Below, in pieces: positions 1 to 6,492 of a stretch of 23,831 nucleotides of DNA. The stretch's first letter is position 1, and every line of letters starts with the position of its first letter. The notes under the pieces were generated by a model. It did not search any database. It saw nothing but the letters and a program-made list of their open reading frames with translations, and was not told where the DNA came from. Where the stretch lies: the NCBI GenBank assembly GCA_049972095.1, contig JBMFKQ010000026.1, forward strand, positions 1 to 23,831, written 5' to 3'. Both the position numbers and the translations under genes were made by a program. The stretch is from Elusimicrobiales bacterium. Its GTDB lineage: Bacteria > Elusimicrobiota > Elusimicrobia > Elusimicrobiales > UBA9959.

Positions 1-5
1 GTCCC

Positions 6-76
6 CCCTCGCAAAACTGAATTGCATATGTTTTGCTTGAGGGCTTTTCGAATCCCACGAAATGCTTTCGCATTTC
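6..76. repeat. Cluster of inverted repeats/hairpins just downstream of tRNA-Ser
   Basis: CCCTC-GCAAAAC (6-17) pairs with GTTTTGC-tt-GAGGG (30-43). GAAATGC-tttc-GCATTTC (59-76) is a perfect 7-bp stem whose loop reads GAAA on the minus strand. No clear U-tract follows, so terminator function is uncertain. Confidence 0.55.
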
Positions 77-87
77 TTAGCAAAGCA

Positions 88-175
88 CGGAAGGGGAGGG
101 ATTCGAACCCTCGGTCCGATTTTGTCGGACACAGACTCTCCAGGTCTGCGCCTTAAGCCGCTCGGCCACCCTTCC
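88..175 (-). tRNA. tRNA-Ser(GGA)
   Basis: Minus strand GGAAGGG TGGCCGAGCGGCTTAAGGCG CAGAC CT-GGA-GA GTCTG, long variable arm (GTCCGA caaaa TCGGAC), GAGGG TTCGAAT CCCTC, CCCTTCC, G73 discriminator. CCA is not encoded. Confidence 0.97.
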
Positions 176-204
176 TTCATTGATAGATGGTGATATAAAA
201 AAAA

Positions 205-288
205 TGGTTGGGGTAGGATTCGAACCTACGTAGGGCAAAGCCCGACGGTTTTACAGACCGTTGCATTTGGCCGCTCTGCCACCCAACC
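205..288 (-). tRNA. tRNA-Tyr(GTA)
   Basis: Minus strand GGTTGGG...ACGGT CT-GTA-AA ACCGT, variable arm GGGC tttg CCC, GTAGG TTCGAAT CCTAC, CCCAACC, A73. CCA is not encoded. Confidence 0.97.
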
Positions 289-308
289 ACAGGGTGTTTA
301 TATAAGAT

Positions 309-338
309 AGTATAACAAATTTAAAAAGCTTAAGTGAA
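309..338 (-). promoter_or_regulatory. Putative sigma70 promoter for the tRNA pair
   Basis: Minus strand TTCACT (338-333), 18-nt spacer, extended -10 TG-T-TATACT (317-309), about 20 nt upstream of tRNA-Tyr. Confidence 0.55.
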
Positions 339-342
339 GCAT

Positions 343-666
343 TTAGAGATTTTTTATTATTTCCTTTATTTCTTTATTGATCTTCTCAAGGAGTATTTTG
401 TAGTTTGTGTTATCTGGATTAGTAGTAATATTAGTCTTTGACTTTATTGCTTTTTTGATACCTTGTGTTGAAAAACCTTCTGATATCATTTTTTTTATCT
501 TTTCAATGTTTTCTATATCAAGTCTGGTATATCTTCTATGCTTTGATGATAGTCTTATTGGTTTTATTATGCTAAATTTTTTTTCCCAATATCTGATTGT
601 GTGTTTTTTTAGTCCTGTTATTCTTGATACTTCGTCTATAGTAAAATAGTTTTTATTCTCCCTCAT
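343..666 (-). CDS. MerR-family HTH transcriptional regulator (short, IHF-linked type)
   Basis: YFTIDEVSRITGLKKHTIRYWEKKF...HRRYTRLDIENIEKIKKM is the MerR HTH. It overlaps the IHF/HU gene by ATGA, a widespread ihfA-merR pairing. Confidence 0.9.
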   Translation of the reverse strand: MRENKNYFTIDEVSRITGLKKHTIRYWEKKFSIIKPIRLSSKHRRYTRLDIENIEKIKKMISEGFSTQGIKKAIKSKTNITTNPDNTNYKILLEKINKEIKEIIKNL

Positions 667-923
667 TTAAAAAAGGTTTTGGATGGTCTAAATCTAATTT
701 TTTTCATTGGCCCAACCATTATTTTTTCCTTTGTTCTTGGATTTCGTCTGATTGCTGGAAGATGTTCAACAACTCTAAAGGTTCCAAAACCAGATATCAC
801 AACCTTCTCACCATTTTTAAGTCTTTCTTTAATGAGATTAAATATTTTTTCTACTACTACCTGAGCTTCGAGCTTGCGGGGTAGTATATTTGATATTTCA
901 TGGATTATCTGTCTTTTGGTCAT
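663..923 (-). CDS. HU/IHF-family DNA-binding protein (IHF-alpha-like by synteny)
   Basis: MTKRQII...GEKVVISGFGTF...RNPRTKEKIMV...IRFRPSK signature. SD-like GGAAGGA upstream. Confidence 0.92.
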   Translation of the reverse strand: MTKRQIIHEISNILPRKLEAQVVVEKIFNLIKERLKNGEKVVISGFGTFRVVEHLPAIRRNPRTKEKIMVGPMKKIRFRPSKTFFK

Positions 924-1452
924 TGTTTCCTTCCCTTTTACCTGTATCTTTGTCTTCTTTTGATGGTTGATCTTGGAGAATATCTTTTGGTGTTCTAAAG
1001 TTTTTAATTCTTTCTTTAAATTCTTTTACCTCTTCTTCACTTATTGGTTTTGTAATTGGTTGAACCATATCAAATATGCTGCTTTTGATATAGATTTTAC
1101 ATCCGCATCTCACGGCGAGTGCAATTGCATCAGATGGTCTTGAATCTATAGCAATTGCTTTGTCATCATCCTTTAACAAATATATCTTTGCAAAAAAAGT
1201 ATTGTGTTGGAGTTCATCTATGACAATCTTTTCAACCTTCATGCCTGTCTGGTATATGATGCGATAAAGCAAATCATGTGTCATAGGCCTTGGTGAAACG
1301 GAGCCTGACATCTTCATAGCTATAGCCTGAGCCTCTACCGGACCTATCCATATTGGAATTATTCTTATCCCATGAACCTCCTCAAGGAAAACTATAGACT
1401 CTGTAAGGGATGATGCTATTGAGTATATTCTTACCTCTATTTCCTTTTCCAT
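898..1452 (-). CDS. Bifunctional nuclease family protein (DUF151)
   Basis: IPIWIGPVEAQAIA, PRPMTHDLL, TFFAKIYL and IDSRPSDAIALAVR motifs. Confidence 0.93.
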   Translation of the reverse strand: MEKEIEVRIYSIASSLTESIVFLEEVHGIRIIPIWIGPVEAQAIAMKMSGSVSPRPMTHDLLYRIIYQTGMKVEKIVIDELQHNTFFAKIYLLKDDDKAIAIDSRPSDAIALAVRCGCKIYIKSSIFDMVQPITKPISEEEVKEFKERIKNFRTPKDILQDQPSKEDKDTGKREGNNDQKTDNP

Positions 1453-1461
1453 TTTATACCT

Positions 1462-2046
1462 CTATCTACTATTGTATTTAAGCTCTTCTCCTCTCATAAG
1501 CCGTTTTATGTTAGGTATATGTGTTAAAAATATGATTACTGCTGCTATAAGTATAAAATATTTGAATTCTGTTTTAATTGATGATGCTACTGATGAGATT
1601 GTGAATATTAGGGTTGATATAAGCGTTGCAGATGAAACATACCCTGTTAATCTTAAAACAATAAAAAAAACTATCAACGATAAAAGAATTTGAGTTGTTG
1701 CCAGTGCAAGAAAAACACCTGTTGATGTTGCAACTCCTTTTCCTCCCTTAAAGTTTAGAAAAACTGTGAATATGTGCCCTATTATCGCAGCAAAACCGCA
1801 TCCTATAACCATAATCGGTTCACAGAAGATTCTTGATGCGAAGTAGGTTGGAATAAAACCCTTTGTCATATCTATTGTAAATGTTATTAGACCGGCTTTT
1901 AATCCAAGTGTTCTGCAAACATTTGTAGCGCCTACATTTCCTGATCCATAATCTCTTATATCTATGCCATAAAATCTGCCGATAATATAGGCTGTTGGGA
2001 TAGAACCTATGAGATAGGATAATATTATTGCAATAACCTTGTCCAT
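1462..2046 (-). CDS. plsY: Glycerol-3-phosphate 1-O-acyltransferase PlsY
   Basis: YLIGSIP, DIRDYGSGNVGATNVCR, GHIFTVFLNFKGGKGVAT and HIPNIKRL motifs; multiple TM helices. Confidence 0.97.
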   Translation of the reverse strand: MDKVIAIILSYLIGSIPTAYIIGRFYGIDIRDYGSGNVGATNVCRTLGLKAGLITFTIDMTKGFIPTYFASRIFCEPIMVIGCGFAAIIGHIFTVFLNFKGGKGVATSTGVFLALATTQILLSLIVFFIVLRLTGYVSSATLISTLIFTISSVASSIKTEFKYFILIAAVIIFLTHIPNIKRLMRGEELKYNSR

Positions 2047-2053
2047 AATTATA

Positions 2054-3304
2054 TTATAGAAAACTATTTTGAATTATTTTTTCTACTTTTCTAATATTCT
2101 CCTCTGTTAGTTTAAGTGTTAGCTTTATATGTGTTTGTGTAAAACTTTCATCTGTTACAAAGAAATTTGATTTTATCTCGCCAATAAGCCTGCTTTCTGA
2201 AAGTGGTATTTCAATGGTATAGTTCTTCCATTTATCTGTGAGATTTTTGTTTATCTCATCGATGAGAACATCTATATTTGTTGCATTGAGTGCTGATATC
2301 ATAATTGGTTTAAGAGATGAGAATTCAGTTAGATATCTTTTTGGATTTTCAACAAGGTCCATTTTATTGAAAACATTTATCAAAGGTATTTTATCGGCTC
2401 CTATTTCTAACAGTGTTTTTTTTACAACCTCATTCTGCTTTTTTATATCAGCACTCATATCGTGAAGATGTATTATTAGATCTGAGTATTTTATTTCTTC
2501 AAGGGTTGCTGAAAATGCAGCTACAAGGAGATGAGGAAGATTGTTTATGAAACCAACAGTGTCTATGAAAACAGCATAGAATCCCCCCTTTATCCTAACC
2601 CTTCTTGCTGTTGGATCAAGGGTTGCAAAAAGAAGATTATCGCTGTAAACATCATTCTTCCTAGATAGCGTATTGAGAAGGGTTGATTTACCTACATTTG
2701 TGTAGCCTACTATTGATACTATTGGTAGAGGTATCTGAACTCTTCTCAATCTTTGGATTTCTCTGTTTTTTCTTATATGTTTTATCTCATCAATTATCTT
2801 TGATATTCTGTCTCTTATCCTCCTTCTCTCATATTCTATTTTTCTCTCACCACTCCCTCTTGTTCCTATCATTCCATATTGTTGGTCGTAGTTATGCTGA
2901 AAACCTTTAATCCTTGATAGATTATATCTAAGCTGTGCAAGTTCTACCTGAAGTTTTCCTTCCTGTGTTTTAGCACGCTGCCTAAATATTTCTATTATTA
3001 GGAATGTTTTATCTATAACATTAACATTCCACATATCCATAAGATTTTTTGTCTGTGTGTATGATAGGTTTTTATTAAAAACAACTATTGAAAAATTAGC
3101 TTCTTTTATCATTTTTCTAATCTCTTCTGCTTTTCCCCTACCTATGTAGATTGCAGGGTTTATTTGATCTAGTTTTATTTTGAGCAAGGAGGATTTATGT
3201 ATTCCATAGGTTTTAAGCAGATTTTTTAACTCTTCCTCCTCATACTCAAAAGATGTATTATTCTTTTCAAATTTCAGTTTTATTATTATGATAAGTGCTT
3301 TCAT
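2054..3304 (-). CDS. hflX: GTPase HflX
   Basis: IFRQRAKTQEGKLQVELAQLRY, GTRGSGERKIE, G1 GYTNVGKST, LFATLDPT, DTVGFI, NKMD. Start placed at ATG 3304 (MKALIII) rather than the track's 3343. Confidence 0.96.
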   Translation of the reverse strand: MKALIIIIKLKFEKNNTSFEYEEEELKNLLKTYGIHKSSLLKIKLDQINPAIYIGRGKAEEIRKMIKEANFSIVVFNKNLSYTQTKNLMDMWNVNVIDKTFLIIEIFRQRAKTQEGKLQVELAQLRYNLSRIKGFQHNYDQQYGMIGTRGSGERKIEYERRRIRDRISKIIDEIKHIRKNREIQRLRRVQIPLPIVSIVGYTNVGKSTLLNTLSRKNDVYSDNLLFATLDPTARRVRIKGGFYAVFIDTVGFINNLPHLLVAAFSATLEEIKYSDLIIHLHDMSADIKKQNEVVKKTLLEIGADKIPLINVFNKMDLVENPKRYLTEFSSLKPIMISALNATNIDVLIDEINKNLTDKWKNYTIEIPLSESRLIGEIKSNFFVTDESFTQTHIKLTLKLTEENIRKVEKIIQNSFL

Positions 3305-4256
3305 ATTTTTTGATAATCTCTCTCGCAATTCTATAAGGTTCAAATTGTGATTCAGAGTTTATTTCCAAAATCATCTTATGTGAATATCTTCTAAACCATG
3401 TATTTTGTCTCTTTGCATATTGAATAGATTTAAGTGTTATTCTTTCAATAGCCTCTTCCTTTGATATCTCTGATGAGAGATAAGAGAGTATTTCAGGATA
3501 TCCAAGTGATTTAAGTCCAGGCGAGTCATTGGGATATCCGTTTGATATAAGAAGCGCAGTTTCGCTGACCCATTTTTCAAAAATATCTATAGTCCTTTTA
3601 TAAATTCTTTGGCGCAGAAGTTTCTTATCCCATATAATGAAGACTGAAAAAGCATTGCCAAGCCGATTCTCAAACAGTTTATTTGATATAAGGGAAGAGA
3701 ATGGTTTTGATGTTATTAGGCATATTTCTATTGCTCTTATAACCCTTTGTATGTTGTTTGGATGTATTCTTTTTGCAGATTCCGGATCAAGCTCTTTGAG
3801 TTTGTCGTGGAGCTTTTCTCTGCCATATTTCTGTGCGTATTCCTGAAGCTGTGATCTTATCTCAATATTTTTTTCAGGAAGGGGATCAAGGGGATTAAAC
3901 ACAGCATTTATGTAAAATCCTGTTCCGCCGCATATTATTACTCTTGATGTATTTATCTGTGATAAAACATTTTTAAAATCATATAGATATCTTGCAACGC
4001 TATATGTTTCTATTGGATCAACAAAATCAATAAGGTGATATGGTATTCCATCTACAAGATAGATTTCTCTTTGAGGAGTTTTAGTCCATTTGCCTTGTGG
4101 CTTTGATGTGCCGTATGTGAGATGTTTGTATATTTGTCTTGAGTCAGCTGATATTATTTCAGCCCCAATTAAAGATGCAAGTGCAAGAGATATCTGAGTT
4201 TTTCCACTTGCGTTTGCTGCACATATTATAATTGGATGGTTTTTGGTTGAAAGCAT
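3267..4256 (-). CDS. miaA: tRNA (adenosine(37)-N6)-dimethylallyltransferase MiaA
   Basis: ASGKT, EIISADSRQIYK, GGTGFYI, IHPNNIQRVIRAIE, LGYPE and YAKRQNTWFR motifs. Confidence 0.96.
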   Translation of the reverse strand: MLSTKNHPIIICAANASGKTQISLALASLIGAEIISADSRQIYKHLTYGTSKPQGKWTKTPQREIYLVDGIPYHLIDFVDPIETYSVARYLYDFKNVLSQINTSRVIICGGTGFYINAVFNPLDPLPEKNIEIRSQLQEYAQKYGREKLHDKLKELDPESAKRIHPNNIQRVIRAIEICLITSKPFSSLISNKLFENRLGNAFSVFIIWDKKLLRQRIYKRTIDIFEKWVSETALLISNGYPNDSPGLKSLGYPEILSYLSSEISKEEAIERITLKSIQYAKRQNTWFRRYSHKMILEINSESQFEPYRIAREIIKKYESTYHNNKTEI

Positions 4257-4712
4257 TCAATCTTTAAAATATTCCTCACATTTCTGAGGCTTATTACATA
4301 ATATATGGGCTTTGCATTTTTCATTGCATACATCAGGAAGTTTGAAAGATATTCGTATATCACAGTCAAGATAATCAACTGCCATTTCGTTTATTTTTGC
4401 TGCATCATCTTTTGAGATACTTGTAAATACAATGCCAACCATATAGACATCCCCTTTTTTCTTTAGCCATGCTATTTTACCTTTAACAGAAATTACCTCT
4501 TTATTAAGATTCAAAACCATATTTAGTTCCTTTGTATGTGGTGGTTCATAAAATATTATTATCCTCATCCCACCTGCTGAAAGATCTGATAGAATTGCTG
4601 GCCTTTTCACATTTGTCTGATTTGTTTGGAAAAACTCTATCTCTACTGGTTCAAGTATGCCGTGAAGTATTGGTAGCCTAACATGCTTTCTTCTTTCCTG
4701 TTTATGTATCAT
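4257..4712 (-). CDS. PilZ-domain protein with Cys-rich C-terminal tail
   Basis: c-di-GMP motifs RxxxR (RRKHVR) and DxSxxG (DLSAGG), plus a PilZ barrel pattern (VKGKIAW...VGIVF). Tail C-x11-C-x3-C-x5-C-x5-C. Confidence 0.88.
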   Translation of the reverse strand: MIHKQERRKHVRLPILHGILEPVEIEFFQTNQTNVKRPAILSDLSAGGMRIIIFYEPPHTKELNMVLNLNKEVISVKGKIAWLKKKGDVYMVGIVFTSISKDDAAKINEMAVDYLDCDIRISFKLPDVCNEKCKAHILCNKPQKCEEYFKD

Positions 4713-5970
4713 AAATTCTCCTTACAATCAGTGTTTGTGGTTTAGCATTTACAATCTCTGCTTTTATCACATCGCCAGCATTTAACTTTTCCTTATTATC
4801 TATTATACAACAATTATAATCACTGATTGTTTTTCCGTAAGGGAAATCCCATACGATTACATCTTCAATACTTCCTTTTTTTGATTCAAGTATATTAGCT
4901 GCAACCTCTTTTGCCTTTGAAAGCATTATAGAGTGTCTTTTTTCTATCTCCTTGTCGCTTATATCTTTTAAAAATCTATCTGAAAACCTTGGTGAATATT
5001 TGAAACAATATACCTTTGAGAACCCTAATTCTTCTACTGCCTTAATAGAAGCGAGGAAATCTTCATTGGTTTCACCTGTAAAGCCGACAATTATGTCTGT
5101 AGTTAGTGATGTAAGTGGGTCTGCCTCTCTTAACATATTAACCATTTTTTTAAACTCATCATAGGTGTATCCTCTTTTCATGGCTTTTAAAATCCTATCC
5201 GAACCGCTTTGAAGAGGAATATGAATGTGTCTTGATATTTTTCGGTTTTTTTCATATTCTTTAAAAAAGGATTTATTGAAAAAAAGTGGATGAGGACTCA
5301 TAAATTTGATTACCTTTATTTTCTCTATATCTGATAATGCTTTTATTAAGTCAACAAAGTCATAGTTTTCATACCTGTATGCATTTACAGTTTGCCCAAG
5401 AAGTGTTATTTCAAAACTTCCTTGCTCTGCCTTTTCTTTTACCTCTTTTATTATTTTATCAAAGGCTATATGTCTAAGGGGTCCTCTAACTGATGGAACA
5501 ATACAATAGCTGCAGTTCATTGAGCAGCCTTTTGATATTGTCTGGTAAGAGGAATAGATTGGTTTTGGTTGTTCTTTTGGAGATTGAGATGTTTGAACAG
5601 GTATCTCTTCTATTATTTTAAACACCCTTTCATACGATTTTGCACCAACTATATGGTCTATATATGGAAACCTTTTTTTCATAAGTTCACCGCTTCTTTC
5701 AACAGCGCATCCCATGACAATAAGAATTTTATTGCTTTTCTTCCATTTTTTCAAACTGCCTGCAAGGCTAAAAGCCTTATCCTCCGCGTGTTGTCTCACT
5801 GTGCATGTATTTATGAGTATTATATCAGCATTTTTGTCCGAATCTGTTTCAGTAAATCCTTTTAAGATTAAAAGATCTCTTATCTTATTTGAATCATCTT
5901 CGTTCATCTGACAACCAAATGTGAATATCTTAAACCTTCTTATCTCTTGTGAATCTGATATATTCATCAT
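4702..5970 (-). CDS. miaB: MiaB-type radical SAM methylthiotransferase
   Basis: N-terminal TFGCQMN, NTCTVR and MGC; radical SAM GCSMNCSYCIVP; LLGQTVN, HIPLQSGS, TDIIVGF; divergent TRAM-like C-terminus. Neighbour of miaA. Start is 5970 or 5967. Confidence 0.9.
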   Translation of the reverse strand: MMNISDSQEIRRFKIFTFGCQMNEDDSNKIRDLLILKGFTETDSDKNADIILINTCTVRQHAEDKAFSLAGSLKKWKKSNKILIVMGCAVERSGELMKKRFPYIDHIVGAKSYERVFKIIEEIPVQTSQSPKEQPKPIYSSYQTISKGCSMNCSYCIVPSVRGPLRHIAFDKIIKEVKEKAEQGSFEITLLGQTVNAYRYENYDFVDLIKALSDIEKIKVIKFMSPHPLFFNKSFFKEYEKNRKISRHIHIPLQSGSDRILKAMKRGYTYDEFKKMVNMLREADPLTSLTTDIIVGFTGETNEDFLASIKAVEELGFSKVYCFKYSPRFSDRFLKDISDKEIEKRHSIMLSKAKEVAANILESKKGSIEDVIVWDFPYGKTISDYNCCIIDNKEKLNAGDVIKAEIVNAKPQTLIVRRIYDT

Positions 5971-6160
5971 ACTCCTTAAATTCCTTCTCTAAGATGTAGA
6001 TTCCTTTGAATGTTTTTGGGTTGACAGAATATATTTCAAGTATTTTGTTATCAACAAGGATATATTTCCCACCCCAGAGGTATCAATCGGATTTTACAGA
6101 TATAACATCTCTCTTTCTGAAGATCTTATTAATTTAATCTAAGTTGTTGATGGTGTTCTG
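5930..6160 (-). pseudogene. Probable decayed 3' fragment of an unknown gene
   Basis: One minus-strand frame reads ...NTINNLD*INKIFRKRDVISVKSD*YLWGGKYILVDNKILEIYSVNPKTFKGIYILEKEFKEYDEYIRFTRDKKV*. It has no start codon and overlaps the miaB start. Family not recognised. Confidence 0.4.
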
Positions 6161-6162
6161 AT

Positions 6163-6492
6163 TTACAGAACAGCCTTACACCTTCTTCTCTTTGAGGTAA
6201 TGTAAGTTCCATCAGGAGTCTGCATTCTTGCAATTATTTCATGCTTTCCCGGGGTTATGTTGTACCAGTCCCCCCACCAATATCCAACTGATTCCCTTGC
6301 ACTCATCCAAGGACCACCATCAATTGAAACCTCAACCTTTGATGTTGGGCTTGCACCTATTCTTATTGTATAGTAAGGTGATGTTATTGTTTCATTTGCT
6401 CTTGGATAGTCAATCACCACATAGGCTTTATCTTTATTGCTTTTTTGCTCATCTTGTTTATTCTTTAAGCATTTTGTTGCTGCCCTCGGCAT
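6163..6492 (-). CDS. Nested in-frame 109-aa Ig-like-domain protein (internal start at Met941 of tal/pgi)
   Basis: Perfect SD AAGGAGG (6507-6501) lies 8 nt before ATG 6492. Product MPRAATK...VIDYPRANETI...VEVSIDGGPW...YWWGDW...PGKHEIIAR shows a bacterial Ig-fold pattern. Confidence 0.65.
   Translation of the reverse strand: MPRAATKCLKNKQDEQKSNKDKAYVVIDYPRANETITSPYYTIRIGASPTSKVEVSIDGGPWMSARESVGYWWGDWYNITPGKHEIIARMQTPDGTYITSKRRRCKAVL

Noticed and set aside
1..13. GTCCCCCCTCGCA as the 3' end of a plus-strand tRNA-Leu
   Set aside because: Only 10 nt lie between the putative T-loop end and the discriminator where 12 are needed. It cannot be confirmed at the window edge.
3305..3343. Track start of hflX at 3343 (likewise rpiB at 9803 and DUF58 at 16719)
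   Set aside because: The extensions overlap upstream genes and precede the family-typical N-termini. Downstream ATGs at 3304, 9758 and 16695 fit better.
6083..6085. In-frame TGA as selenocysteine or code-4/25 recoding
   Set aside because: TGA is used as a normal stop by several genes here (ATGA overlaps). The same frame also has a TAA, and no SECIS-like hairpin is evident.
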